Assembly: GCA_030744625.1 (NCBI GenBank)
Contig: JASLQF010000044.1
Coordinates: 66,506 to 130,505, forward strand
Length of the DNA: 64,000 nt
Source of the DNA: Rhodospirillales bacterium
Lineage (GTDB): Bacteria; Pseudomonadota; Alphaproteobacteria; Rhodospirillales; JASLQF01
Direction: 5' to 3'
Position numbers and translations under genes: made by a program. Below, piece by piece: positions 46,737 to 57,600 of this stretch (within the stretch, counting starts at the first letter, position 1; the number at the start of each line of letters is the position of its first letter). Below the pieces are notes generated by a model. That model had not been told where the DNA came from. It saw only the letters and a list, made by a program, of their open reading frames with translations, and searched no databases.

Positions 46737-46785
46737 CATCGGCCGCTGTATTTGGTATATTGCATACCAGATTCAGCGGCCGATG
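46737..46785. promoter_or_regulatory. Nested inverted repeat upstream of gntR (candidate GntR operator and/or tctA terminator)
   Basis: CATCGGCCGCTG-tatt-TGGTAT-attgc-ATACCA-gatt-CAGCGGCCGATG. The outer arms are 12 bp and perfect. The inner core fits the loose GntR GT...AC operator pattern. It lies 38 nt before the gntR ATG. Confidence 0.4.
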
Positions 46786-46822
46786 GCCGAACCATCGATC
46801 GAAAGACGGATCTCCTCCGACC

Positions 46823-47533
46823 ATGGCCGACGTAGAAGCCCTCATTCGGCCCATACAGGTCGATGCCAGCCTCACCAACAAGGCGTACGATGCCCTCAAG
46901 GGGGCGATCGCGTCGATGAACATCTACCAGGACGGCGCCGAACAGCGCCTCGACGAGCGCCAGCTCTCGGAGGCGCTCGGCGTCAGCCGGACGCCCATCC
47001 GCGAGGCCCTCGTCCGCCTCGAGCAGGAAGGGCTGGTGCGCATCGTCCCCCGCAGGGGAGCCTTCGTCGTCCGCAAGTCGCAACGCCAAGTGGTCGAGAT
47101 GATCGTCGTGTGGGCGGCGCTGGAGAGCATGGCGGCCCGCCTCGTCACCGAAAACGCCACGGACGCCGAGATCGCCAGCCTGCGCCGCATGTTCGCCACC
47201 TTCGAGAACGACCAGGTGGAAGCCAAGATCGACGAATATTCGGAGACCAACATCCGCTTTCACCAAGCCTTGCTCAAGATGAGCGGCAACGACCTGATCG
47301 CCCAGATGACCGAAAACCTTTTCATCCACATGGGCGCCATCCGCATGCGGACGATCGCCGAGGACAACCGGGCGAGCCGTTCGATCATCGACCACATGAA
47401 CATCATCGAGGCGCTGGAGGCACGCGACACCGAGCTCGCCGAGCGCCTCGCCCGGCAACACACATTGGATCTGGCGGCGCACGTCGAAAAGAACACGCGC
47501 TACTTGGACCGAGGTCCCCAACAGGACCCCTGA
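46823..47533 (+). CDS. GntR-family (FadR/FCD subfamily) transcriptional regulator
   Basis: From the ATG at 46823: ...LDERQLSEALGVSRTPIREALVRLEQEGLVRIVPRRGAFV, followed by a helical FCD-type domain. The 934-aa track ORF upstream of this point is an alternate-frame artefact. Confidence 0.85.
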   Translation: MADVEALIRPIQVDASLTNKAYDALKGAIASMNIYQDGAEQRLDERQLSEALGVSRTPIREALVRLEQEGLVRIVPRRGAFVVRKSQRQVVEMIVVWAALESMAARLVTENATDAEIASLRRMFATFENDQVEAKIDEYSETNIRFHQALLKMSGNDLIAQMTENLFIHMGAIRMRTIAEDNRASRSIIDHMNIIEALEARDTELAERLARQHTLDLAAHVEKNTRYLDRGPQQDP

Positions 47534-47556
47534 ACACCCGAGGAGGAAGGGCCAAA

Positions 47557-49278
47557 ATGGCTGAAGTAGTTGAAAAGATTAAAAAACCCGATGTAGGCGG
47601 AGAGCGCATCTCCGGCGGCCACCTAGTCGCCAAGGCGCTGAAGGCGGAAGGCGTCGATACCATCTTCACGCTCTGCGGCGGCCACATCATCGACATCTAC
47701 GACGGCTGCCTCGACGAAGGCATTCGCATCATCGACGTGCGCCACGAGCAGGTCGCCGCCCACGCCGCCGACGGCTACGCGCGCCAGACCGGCAAGACCG
47801 GCTGCGTGGTGACGACGGCGGGACCCGGCTGCACCAACGCCATGACCGGCATCGCCAACGCCTTCCGCGCCGAAAGCCCGATCCTGCACATCGGCGGCCA
47901 GGGTTCGTTGACGCAGCACAAGATGGGTTCGCTCCAGGACCTGCCCCATGTCGACATGATGGCGCCGATCACCAAATTCTCCGCCTCCGTGCCCTCCACC
48001 GAGCGCATCGCCGACATGGTCTCGATGGCCTTCCGCGAATGCCACAACGGGGCTCCCGGGCCGTCCTATCTGGAGATCCCGCGCGACGTACTGGACGCCG
48101 AGGTGGACCTGTCGGCGGCGCGCCTGCCCGCGCCCGGCCAATACCGCGCCTCCACCCGCTCCATCGGCGACCCCGCCGATATCGAGAGGCTGGCCGACAT
48201 CCTGGTCAAGTCGGAGCGGCCCTGTATCCTGCTCGGCACCCAGGTCGCCACCTGCCGCGCCTATGACGACGCCATCGGACTGGTGCGCGCCCTCAACATC
48301 CCGGCCTACATGAACGGCGCCGGGCGCGGCACCCTGCCGCCGGGCGATCCCCACCACTTCCACCGCACGCGGCGCATGGCGTTCGACAAGGCCGACGTCA
48401 TCGTCATCGTCGGCACGCCGTTCGATTTCCGCATGGGCTACGGCAAGCGTCTGAGGGCCGAGGCCACCGTCGTGCAGATCGACATGGACTACCGCACCGT
48501 GGGCAAGAACCGCGATATCTCGCTGGGTCTCGCCGGCGACGTGGGCGCCATCCTGGGCGCGGTGGCCGACGCAGCCACCGGGCGCGCCGATAACGGCGCC
48601 GAGGGCCGCCAGGGGTGGCTCGACGAGCTGCGCGCCGCCGAAGCGGTGGCCTCCGAAAAGCTGATGGGGATGTTCAAATCGGACAACACACCGATCAATC
48701 CCTACCGCGTCGCCTGGGAACTCAACGAGTTCTTAACCGACGACACCATCTACATCGGCGACGGCGGCGACGTGGTGACCATCACGGCGCAGGCCGTGCA
48801 GCCGCGCTCGCCCGGCCATTGGATGGACCCGGGGCCGCTGGGCACGCTGGGCGTCGGCACCGCGTTCTCCCTGGCGTCCAAGCTCGCCCATCCCGAGAAA
48901 GAGGTGCTCTGCTATTACGGCGACGGCGCCTTCGCCATGACCGGCTTCGACATGGAGACCGCCAACCGCTTCGACGCGCCGTTCATCGGCGTCATCGGCA
49001 ACAACTCGGCGATGAACCAGATCCGCTGTGGCCAGATCATCAAGTACGGCGAACAGCGCGGCAACGTCGGCAACAAGCTGGGCGACGTGGATTTCGAGAA
49101 GTTCGGCCAAATGCTGGGCGGTCACGGCGAGGCCGTGCGCGACCCGGCCGACATCGCCCCGGCGCTGGTCCGCGCCCGCCAGGCCGTCGCCTCCACGGGC
49201 AAGTGCGCCGTCGTCAACATCTGGGTCGATCCGGACGAGTACGCGCCGGGCACCAGGAACCAGACCATGTACAAGTAA
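47557..49278 (+). CDS. oxc: ThDP-dependent oxalyl-CoA decarboxylase family enzyme
   Basis: 573 aa from the ATG at 47557, with AGGAGGAAGG upstream. It has ThDP-enzyme architecture ([19 protein letters not shown]...NN motif). Adjacency to frc supports an Oxc or 2-hydroxyacyl-CoA-lyase-type function. Confidence 0.75.
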   Translation: MAEVVEKIKKPDVGGERISGGHLVAKALKAEGVDTIFTLCGGHIIDIYDGCLDEGIRIIDVRHEQVAAHAADGYARQTGKTGCVVTTAGPGCTNAMTGIANAFRAESPILHIGGQGSLTQHKMGSLQDLPHVDMMAPITKFSASVPSTERIADMVSMAFRECHNGAPGPSYLEIPRDVLDAEVDLSAARLPAPGQYRASTRSIGDPADIERLADILVKSERPCILLGTQVATCRAYDDAIGLVRALNIPAYMNGAGRGTLPPGDPHHFHRTRRMAFDKADVIVIVGTPFDFRMGYGKRLRAEATVVQIDMDYRTVGKNRDISLGLAGDVGAILGAVADAATGRADNGAEGRQGWLDELRAAEAVASEKLMGMFKSDNTPINPYRVAWELNEFLTDDTIYIGDGGDVVTITAQAVQPRSPGHWMDPGPLGTLGVGTAFSLASKLAHPEKEVLCYYGDGAFAMTGFDMETANRFDAPFIGVIGNNSAMNQIRCGQIIKYGEQRGNVGNKLGDVDFEKFGQMLGGHGEAVRDPADIAPALVRARQAVASTGKCAVVNIWVDPDEYAPGTRNQTMYK

Positions 49279-49330
49279 CCACCCGCCCCGGCCGTTCCAC
49301 CACTCACCTGATTCCGCGACGAGGAAGATT

Positions 49331-50578
49331 ATGGGAAAAGCTCTCGAGGGTATCCGCATACTAGACATGACCCACGTTCAATCGGGTCCCACGGCCACGC
49401 AAATCCTCGCCTGGTTCGGCGCCGACTGCATCAAGGTCGAGCGCCCCGGCGCCGGCGACGCGACGCGCGGCCAACTGCGCGACCTGGAAGACGTGGACAG
49501 CCTTTATTTCACCATGCTGAACCACAACAAACGCAGCATTACCCTCAACCCCAAGACCGAAACGGGGAACAAGATCTTCGCCAAACTGATCGAGGAATGC
49601 GATGTGATGGTGGAGAATTTCGCCCCCGGCGCCATCGACCGCATGGGCTTTCCCTGGGAGAAGATCCAGGAGATCAACCCGCGCATGATCTATGCCTCGG
49701 TCAAGGGCTTCGGCCCCGGCCCCTACGAGGACTGCAAGGTCTATGAGAACGTCGCCCAATGCACGGGCGGCTCGGCCTCGACCACCGGCGAGATTGGCAG
49801 GGTGCCGCTGGTCACCGGCGCCCAGATCGGGGATTCGGGAACCGGCATCCACCTGGTCGCCGGCATCCTGGCCGCCCTCCTCCACCGCGAGCGCTCGGGC
49901 CGCGGGCAACGCGTCGAGTGCGCCATGCAGGACTCCGTGCTCAATCTCTGCCGGGTCAAGTTGCGCGACCAGCAGCGTATCGTCCACGGGCCCCTGACCG
50001 AATATCCCCAGTACCCCAACGGCACGTTCGGCGAGGCGGTACCGCGCGCCGGCAACGCCTCGGGCGGCGGCCAGCCCGGCTGGATCGTCAAATGCAAGGG
50101 GTGGGAGGACGATCCGGACTCCTACATCTACGTCATCACCCAGGCCGCCGCGTTCCACGCCTTCGCCAAGGCCATCGGCCGCGAGGACTGGCTCGACGAC
50201 CCGGAATGGAATACGCCCGCGGCGCGCCTGCCCAAGCTCGACCAGGTGTTCGCCGAGATCGAAAAATGGACCATGACCAAGACCAAGTTCGAGGTCATGG
50301 ACATCCTCAACCCGCTCAACGTTCCGTGCGGGCCGATCCTGTCCATGAAGGAGCTGGCGGAGGAGCCCTCGCTGCGTGCCACCGGGACCATCGTCGAGGT
50401 AGATCACCCGACGCGCGGCAAGTACCTGACGGTGGGCAACCCGATCAAGCTATCCGACTCGCCAAGCGAGGTGGTGGCATCTCCGCTCCTGGGCGAGCAC
50501 ACCGAGGAAATCCTCAAGGACATCATCGGCTTCGGCGACGAGGAAATCGAAAAGGCGCGCACCGAGGGCGCCATCTAG
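49331..50578 (+). CDS. frc: Formyl-CoA:oxalate CoA-transferase
   Basis: 415 aa. It matches my memory of O. formigenes Frc closely: [72 protein letters not shown]. Confidence 0.93.
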   Translation: MGKALEGIRILDMTHVQSGPTATQILAWFGADCIKVERPGAGDATRGQLRDLEDVDSLYFTMLNHNKRSITLNPKTETGNKIFAKLIEECDVMVENFAPGAIDRMGFPWEKIQEINPRMIYASVKGFGPGPYEDCKVYENVAQCTGGSASTTGEIGRVPLVTGAQIGDSGTGIHLVAGILAALLHRERSGRGQRVECAMQDSVLNLCRVKLRDQQRIVHGPLTEYPQYPNGTFGEAVPRAGNASGGGQPGWIVKCKGWEDDPDSYIYVITQAAAFHAFAKAIGREDWLDDPEWNTPAARLPKLDQVFAEIEKWTMTKTKFEVMDILNPLNVPCGPILSMKELAEEPSLRATGTIVEVDHPTRGKYLTVGNPIKLSDSPSEVVASPLLGEHTEEILKDIIGFGDEEIEKARTEGAI

Positions 50579-50658
50579 AAGCAACCGGCTGTTTGCCAAG
50601 GTGGCCAAGAACCACCGGGCGCTCTATACAAGCAACTCGATTTTGGGAGGTGCAGACC

Positions 50659-51573
50659 ATGCGCATCATCGTCAACGGGCAGCAGGCTTTCGGCAAGGCC
50701 GTGCTCGACGCCCTGTTGGAACGCGGCGAGGACGTCATCGCCGTCTATTGCGCCCCGGAACAGGAAGGCCGGCGCGCCGATCCCTTGCGCGAGGCGGCCG
50801 AGGAAAGGGGCCTGCCCCTCTTCCAGCCGCCGTCCTACAAGAAGCCCGAGGTGTGGGAACAGCTCAAGGAACTCAAGCCCGACCTCGGCGTGATGGCCTT
50901 CGTCACCCTGTTCGTGGTCGAGGAGTTCCTCGACACGCCGACCCACGGCACCATCCAGTACCACCCGTCGCTGCTGCCCCTGCACCGGGGCCCGAGTTCC
51001 ATCAACTGGCCGATCATCCAGGGCGCCAAGAAGACCGGCTTGTCCATTTTCTGGCCCGACAACGGCCTCGATACCGGCCCCATCCTTCTCCAGAAGGAGG
51101 TCGAGATCACCGCCGACGATACGCTTGGCACCGTCTACTTCGAAAAGCTTTTCCAGCTCGGCGTCGACGCCATGGTGGAAAGCGTCGACCTTGTCAAGGC
51201 CGGCAAGGCGCCGAAAATCGTCCAGGACGAGACCAACGCCACCTACGAGAGCTGGTGCAAAAAGGAAGACGCCGAAATCGACTGGAGCAAACCCGCCCCG
51301 GACGTCTACAACCTGATCCGCGGCACAAACCCGGCGCCCGGCGCCTGGACCACCCACGCCGGCAAGACACTGCAGATCTTCGATAGCGCCAGGCTCGACG
51401 AGGCCTCCGGCGCGCCCGGCGAAGTGCTCGACGTGTCGGCCGACGGCATCGCCGTCGCCGCGGCGGGCGGCGGCATCCTGGTCAAGCGGGTGCGCGCCGA
51501 GGGCGGCCAGAAAGTCCCGGCCGCTGAATTCACCACCGAAGCCGGTCTCGCCAAGGGCGAGCGGCTGGGCTGA
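50659..51573 (+). CDS. Formyltransferase-fold protein, stand-alone homolog of the N-terminal domain of 10-formyl-THF dehydrogenase
   Basis: 304 aa from the ATG at 50659, with GGGAGG upstream. It contains [50 protein letters not shown] plus a C-terminal Fmt-type beta-barrel domain. It has no carrier or ALDH domain. Confidence 0.8.
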   Translation: MRIIVNGQQAFGKAVLDALLERGEDVIAVYCAPEQEGRRADPLREAAEERGLPLFQPPSYKKPEVWEQLKELKPDLGVMAFVTLFVVEEFLDTPTHGTIQYHPSLLPLHRGPSSINWPIIQGAKKTGLSIFWPDNGLDTGPILLQKEVEITADDTLGTVYFEKLFQLGVDAMVESVDLVKAGKAPKIVQDETNATYESWCKKEDAEIDWSKPAPDVYNLIRGTNPAPGAWTTHAGKTLQIFDSARLDEASGAPGEVLDVSADGIAVAAAGGGILVKRVRAEGGQKVPAAEFTTEAGLAKGERLG

Positions 51574-51634
51574 CAACGCGGACCGGCCAGCGCGCCGGTG
51601 CCGGGAAAAACATTCGATAAGAAGGAAACGGTCG

Positions 51635-53323
51635 ATGGCAACGAGCAGAAAACCGAAGAGCGACATTGAAATCGCCCGCGTGGCGAAGATGAAACCCGTC
51701 ACCGAGATCGCCGAGCGTATCGGCATTCCCTCCCAGCACATCCACCTCTATGGACCGAACAAGGGCAAGGTCACCCTCGACTTCATCGATTCCCTCAAGA
51801 ACCGGCGCAACGGCAAGCTGATCCTGGTCACCGCCATCACGCCGACGCCGGCCGGCGAGGGCAAGACGACGACGTCGGTGGGCCTCGTCGACGGCCTCAA
51901 CCGCATCGGCAAGAACGCCATGATCTGCCTGCGCGAGCCAAGCCTCGGCCCATGCTTCGGCATGAAGGGCGGCGCCGCCGGCGGCGGCTACGCCCAGGTG
52001 GTGCCCATGGAGGACATCAACCTCCACTTCACCGGCGACATGCACGCCATCGGCACCGCCCACAACCTGCTCTCGGCGATGACCGACAACCACATCTACT
52101 GGGGTGCGGAGCCGGCCGTCGATGCCCGTCGGGTCAGCTGGCGCCGCGTCGTCGACATGAACGACCGGGCGCTGCGCGACGTGGTGGTATCGCTCGGCGG
52201 CGTTGCCAACGGCTTTGCGCGCCAGTCCGGATTCGACATCACGGTGGCCTCCGAAATCATGGCCATCTTCTGTCTTTCGCAGAACCTGGCCGACTTGCAG
52301 CGCCGCCTCGGCAACATCATCGTCGGCCAGACGCGGAGCCGGCAATCGGTGACCGCCAAGGACATAAAGGCCGACGGCTCGATGACGGCGCTCCTGCGCG
52401 ACGCCCTCATGCCCAACCTGGTGCAGACCCTGGAGAACAACCCCGCCTTCATACACGGCGGTCCCTTCGCCAACATCGCGCACGGCTGCAACACCCTGAT
52501 CGCCACCAAGACTGCCTTGAAGCTCTCCGACTACGTGGTTACCGAGGCCGGCTTCGGCGCTGACCTGGGGGCCGAGAAGTTCTTCGACATCAAGTGCCGC
52601 AAGGGTGGCCTGAAGCCCGACGCGGTGGTCCTCGTCGCCACCGTGCGGGCGCTCAAGATGCACGGCGGCGTGGCGCGCCAGGACTTGGCCAAGGAGAACG
52701 TCAAGGCCGTCAAGGCCGGGCTCGAGAACCTGGGCCGCCACCTGAAAAACCTGAAGCGCTTCGGCGTTCCCGCCATCGTCGGCATCAACCAGTTCAGCGC
52801 CGACAGCAAGGCCGAGATGGCGGCCATCCGCGCCTATTGCAAAAAACTGAACGTGCCCGCTTTCGAGAACAGTCACTGGGCCGACGGCGGCGCCGGCACC
52901 GAGGCAATGGCGCGGAAGGTCGTCGAGGTGGCGGATTCGGGCAAGGCCAGGTTCAAGCCCATCTACCCCGACAAGATGCCGTTGATGGAGAAGATCCGCA
53001 CCGTCGCCAAGACCATCTACGGGGCCAAGGACATCGCCGTCGACAAGAGCGTCGAGGACCAGATCAAGCGGGCCGAGGCGGAAGGTTTCGGCCGCTTCCC
53101 CGTGTGCATGGCCAAGACCCAGTACAGCTTCTCGTCGGACCCCGATCTCAAGGGGGCGCCCTCGGGCTTCACCGTGCCCATCCGCGAGGTGCGGCTGTCG
53201 GGCGGGGCCGAGTTCATTGTCGCCATCTGCGGCCAGATCATGACCATGCCGGGCCTGCCCCGGGTGCCGGCGGCCAACAGCATTTTCGTCAACGACGCCG
53301 GCCAGATCGAGGGGCTGTTCTAG
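51635..53323 (+). CDS. fhs: Formate-tetrahydrofolate ligase
   Basis: 562 aa with [44 protein letters not shown] and [12 protein letters not shown], which are unmistakable Fhs motifs. Confidence 0.95.
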   Translation: MATSRKPKSDIEIARVAKMKPVTEIAERIGIPSQHIHLYGPNKGKVTLDFIDSLKNRRNGKLILVTAITPTPAGEGKTTTSVGLVDGLNRIGKNAMICLREPSLGPCFGMKGGAAGGGYAQVVPMEDINLHFTGDMHAIGTAHNLLSAMTDNHIYWGAEPAVDARRVSWRRVVDMNDRALRDVVVSLGGVANGFARQSGFDITVASEIMAIFCLSQNLADLQRRLGNIIVGQTRSRQSVTAKDIKADGSMTALLRDALMPNLVQTLENNPAFIHGGPFANIAHGCNTLIATKTALKLSDYVVTEAGFGADLGAEKFFDIKCRKGGLKPDAVVLVATVRALKMHGGVARQDLAKENVKAVKAGLENLGRHLKNLKRFGVPAIVGINQFSADSKAEMAAIRAYCKKLNVPAFENSHWADGGAGTEAMARKVVEVADSGKARFKPIYPDKMPLMEKIRTVAKTIYGAKDIAVDKSVEDQIKRAEAEGFGRFPVCMAKTQYSFSSDPDLKGAPSGFTVPIREVRLSGGAEFIVAICGQIMTMPGLPRVPAANSIFVNDAGQIEGLF

Positions 53324-53432
53324 GGCACCGCGAACCATCGCCCCCCACAAATTGGGTTGACGGGGTTGTGAGAGGGTTCCACAGTCGCCTTCCGAGTCGA
53401 AGCGCCGCGTCCCGACCCTGGCTCGGCGCCCA

Positions 53433-54656
53433 ATGGACACACGAATGAGCAGCGTCGAATTTAACGAGATGAGGGTCCTGGTCATCGATGATCATGCCTT
53501 CGTTCGCCACACCATTGGCCGCATGCTCTCGGCCCTGGGGGTGAGGGAGGTTGTCGATTCCGCCGACGGTGTCGAGGCGATGATCCGGCTGAAGGACGAT
53601 CCCGATCCCTTCGACGTCATATTTTGCGACCTGCAGCTCCCGGGACGCGATGGCATCGAAATTCTGCGTGATCTATCCCAACTCGGATCGAGCGCCGGCA
53701 TCGTTCTCATCAGTGGCGAAGACGAGAGCGTCCTCAAGGCCGCCCGAAACCTTGCTACCGAGCAGGGCCTGCGCGTGCTGGGAAGCCTGTCCAAGCCGAT
53801 AGGCGCCGACCAGGTCAAGGCAGTCATGGAACGCGTCAAGGAGGAACGATCGGATACGGTCCACGGCCCACAGCTTTCGATCGAGGCCGACGACCTGCGG
53901 CGCGCCATAGATCAGCGCGAAATCTATCCCCACTTCCAACCGAAGGTCCGGCTCGCCACCCACGAACTCGAGAGCGTCGAGGCGCTGGCGCGCTGGAACC
54001 ATCCGCAACACGGCCACGTCAGCCCGGGCGTATTCATTCCCCTGGCCGAGGAGCACGGGCTGATCGACGCCTTGACCAACGTCATGTTGGAGCAGGCGGT
54101 CAAGCAGTGCGATGAATGGCGCGAAAGTGGCTTGAACATACAGTTGGCCGTCAATTTATCGGTCGACTCGCTGGGCCGTCTCGACCTTCCGGAATATATT
54201 TCGGGCGTCGCCGAGCGTTTCGGGATCGAGACGTCGCAGATGGTTCTCGAAGTGACCGAGAGCCGGATATCGGACAATCCGACGGCGCTTCTGGACATCA
54301 CCACCCGTCTGCGGCTCAAGCGGTTCGAGCTGTCGATCGACGATTTCGGTACCGGGTATTCCAGCTTGCAGCAGCTTCAACGCCTGCCCTTCACGGAGCT
54401 GAAAATCGACGGCGCCTTCGTTACCGGCGCCAGCCAGGACGCGACGGCGCGCTCGATCCTGGAGTCGAGCATCGACCTGGCCCAGAGGCTCGGCATGAAG
54501 ATCGTCGTGGAAGGCGTGGAAACACGCGCCGATTGGGACCTCGTCAAATCACTGGGCTGCGATTTGGCGCAAGGTTATTTCATCGCCAGACCGATGCCGG
54601 GCGACGAGCTTGAAGCGTGGCTTGAAGCGTGGGAACGCCAAGTGCCGCCGGCGTGA
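53433..54656 (+). CDS. Response regulator with EAL (c-di-GMP phosphodiesterase) domain
   Basis: 407 aa. The REC domain reads MRVLVIDD...DVIFCDLQLPGRDG. The EAL domain has EALARW, EVTES, DDFGTGYSSL, KIDGAFV, EGVET and QGYF, so the catalytic residues appear intact. Confidence 0.85.
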   Translation: MDTRMSSVEFNEMRVLVIDDHAFVRHTIGRMLSALGVREVVDSADGVEAMIRLKDDPDPFDVIFCDLQLPGRDGIEILRDLSQLGSSAGIVLISGEDESVLKAARNLATEQGLRVLGSLSKPIGADQVKAVMERVKEERSDTVHGPQLSIEADDLRRAIDQREIYPHFQPKVRLATHELESVEALARWNHPQHGHVSPGVFIPLAEEHGLIDALTNVMLEQAVKQCDEWRESGLNIQLAVNLSVDSLGRLDLPEYISGVAERFGIETSQMVLEVTESRISDNPTALLDITTRLRLKRFELSIDDFGTGYSSLQQLQRLPFTELKIDGAFVTGASQDATARSILESSIDLAQRLGMKIVVEGVETRADWDLVKSLGCDLAQGYFIARPMPGDELEAWLEAWERQVPPA

Positions 54657-54664
54657 ATAAAACC

Positions 54665-57600
54665 CTAGGTCAGACGACGGATAAAAGTCTCCACGTCCGC
54701 GAACTCCTTATAAATCTTCGGCAAAAGCAAGCTTATCGAAGACCAGTCGTCGGCGGCGGCCGCGTTCTCCAGGTTCTGCAGCAATTCGGTAAGCCGCGGC
54801 GCCGCCGCCGATGCGGCGGCGCCCTTGGCGCTGTGCGCCGCCTCGCGCAGCGCCACCGCGTCCTTGGATCGGACAAACCGCCTCAGGTCGTCCGGCGTTT
54901 CCATCATGGTTTCCACGAAGAAACTCAGCGTATCCATCAAGAACTCGTCGGCATCGCTGCCCAGGAGCCGCGCCAGTTCCACCATGTCGATGGGCGCCTC
55001 CGCGGACGCCGGCCGGTCACCGCGGTGCGTCTCCGGCAAACCGGCGTCGGCCGCTACGGCATCGCCGGAAAGGGCACCCGGCATCCATCGGGACACGACC
55101 TTTCCGAGCTGCTCCAATTCGACCGGCTTGGCGAGATAATCGTCCATGCCCGCCGCCAGGCACCGTTCCGCTTCCCCCTCCAGGGCGTTGGCGGTGATCG
55201 CGATGATGGGGACGCGGGACTTCGTTTCCGTTTCCGATTGGCGGATGGCGCCGGTCAGTTGGAACCCGTCCATCCGGGGCATGTGGCAATCGGTGAGGAC
55301 GATTCCGAATTTCCTGGAATTCCACAATTCGATGGCCGCTTCGCCGTCGGCCACGAATTCCGCGGCGTAGCCAAGCCGATCGAGATGAAGCCGCATGACC
55401 CGCTGATTGATGGCGTTGTCTTCCGCCACCAGGATGAGCTGCCCCTTTGCCTCGGCTTCCTCGATCGGCGGTGCGACGGCGGCACCGATATCGACCATCT
55501 CCTCGACTTGCCTGATCTCGGGACTCCGGCGGCCGGCGGCGACAGCCACAGCGGTCAAAAAGCTGGACCGGCGGACCGGCCTGCCGACATACACGCTGTC
55601 ACTTGGTCTCGTGTCGTTCGCCCCCATGGGGTCGTTGGTCAAGAGAACATAGCGCACCTCCGAAAGCGCCGCCTCGTTTCTAAGGAAATCACGGTCGGCG
55701 GCCTGACGCTCGCTTGACCATTCCCCGCTGATAACAACGACACCGAACGGCGTCCCCTCGGCCCCGGCCTCGGCGGCGCGCCGCGATGCTTCTTCAATAT
55801 CGTTTGTGGTCTCGACGTCCGCCTTCCAGTAACCCAGATAGGTGGGAATGATATTGCTGACGTCCGGGTCCTTGGCGATCACCAGAACGCGCACACCCTC
55901 CAGATTATCGGTCGTTTCCTCGACGGCCGGTTGCTCGGCGGCCTCGAAGGGCAGCGTCACGGTAAAGGTCGATCCGGCACCGGGCTCGCTCTCGACCGCG
56001 ATGCTTCCGCCCATCAGATCGGCCAGACGCGCGCAAATGGAAAGCCCCAGTCCCGTGCCACCGAACTGGCGCGTCGTCGAGCCTTCCGCCTGGGTGAACG
56101 ATTCGAACAGCTTGTCTTGCGCCTCCGTTGGAATCCCGATTCCCGTATCGATGATCGTGAAGCGCACGGTGATTTTCTTTTTCGAGCGCGATGGCACGCG
56201 CTCGGCCCGCACGAAGACCTTTCCGACCATGGTGAACTTGACCGCGTTACCGACGAGATTGAACAGGATTTGCCGCAGGCGCACTTGATCGCCCTGCATG
56301 ATCTCGGGGATGGTCGGATCGACGAAGACAGGTAGGGCGAGGCCCTTTTCCCGGGCCCCGGGCACCAGGCTTTCGACCACGCCTTCGACGACATGGCAAA
56401 CGGAAAACGGTATTCGCTCGAGACGCAGCTTGCCGGCTTCGATCTTCGAGAAATCCAGAATGTCGTCGATGATTTGCAGCAGCAAGAACGAGGACTGGCG
56501 CACGGTGTCGAGCATTCCGCGTTGCTCGGTATCGAGCTTCGAGCGCACCAACAGATCGAGCATTCCGACGACGCCGTTCATGGGCGTGCGGATTTCGTGG
56601 CTCATGGTCGCCAGAAAGGTCGATTTGGCGCGTGCCGCCGCTTCCGCCTGGTCCCGGGCCTTCTCCAATTCCTCGGCGGCCCGCTTTCGGTCGGTGATGT
56701 CATTGAAGATGCAGACGATTCCGCCGTCGGCGGTGGGCGTCCGAAGGCCCTCGATGAAGCGGCCGCTGGGAACCGTGTCCTCGATCCTGCGGACCTTGCC
56801 GCTACGGTACCCTTCGAGACGTTGCTCGACGAGTTCATCGGCGTCACCGGGTCCATAGTCGCCGCGCTCGGCCCGGGTCTGCAGGATACCGCGAAGCGAC
56901 ACGCCGGTCGCAACGACGTGTTCCGGCATGTCGTAGTATTCGCGGAACCTGTCGTTGATGACTTGCAGAGTCAGGTCCTTGTCGACCATGAAGATCGCGC
57001 CCGACATGTTGTCAAGGGCGCTGCGCAACTGCGCCTCCTTTGCCGTCAAGGCCTCTTCGGCCCGCTTGCGATCGGTGATGTCGGCGTGAATGCTGACCGT
57101 GCCGCCCGCCGACGTCCGGCGGTCGCGGATCTGCACGTAGCGGCCGTCGGCAAGATGATCCTCGAAAGTCTCCTCGGCCTTGCCAAAGATTTCCATACGG
57201 CGGCGCAGCACCTCCTGGGCACCCGAGCCCTTGACCGTGCCGCGATCAGAATCCATTTGAAGCAATTGAGCGAACGAGACGCCGGGTTTCACGTTCGCAT
57301 CACTGTAACCGTACAATTCCTTGTACTTGCCGTTGCACAGCACCAGCCTGTCGTCGGCGTCGAAAAGGGAAAAGCCCTCGGAAACGCTCTCGATGGCGTC
57401 CATCATTCGGGCCTCGGCTTCCGCCGCGGCATCTTTGGCTAGGCGCAAGGCCTCCTCGGCCCGTTTGCGCTCGGTGATGTCGGCGTGAATGCTGACCGTG
57501 CCGCCCGCCGACGTCCGGCGGTCGCGGATCTGTACCCAGCGGCCGTCGGCAAGCGGCTCCTCGAAAGTCTCCTCGGTCTTGCCAAAGAAATGCGTACGAC

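Noticed and set aside
44729-47533. A 934-aa plus-strand ORF, along with the similar chimeric track ORFs 46783..49278, 49028..50578, 49759..51573 and 26998..28455.
   Set aside because: Only the C-terminal portion of each is a real gene (GntR, Oxc, Frc, the formyltransferase and the amidase). The N-terminal parts run in alternate frames over upstream genes and translate to Arg/Pro-rich nonsense. I chose internal ATGs with SD sequences instead.
51530-53485. A 651-aa minus-strand ORF, along with 24019..25599 (+), 20454..21932 (+), 19080..20330 (+) and 28470..29308-type ORFs.
   Set aside because: These are antisense shadows of fhs, the ferredoxin reductase, the amidase, the CoxL-like subunit and the PhyH gene. 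They have no motifs and a compositional bias typical of non-coding frames in high-GC DNA.
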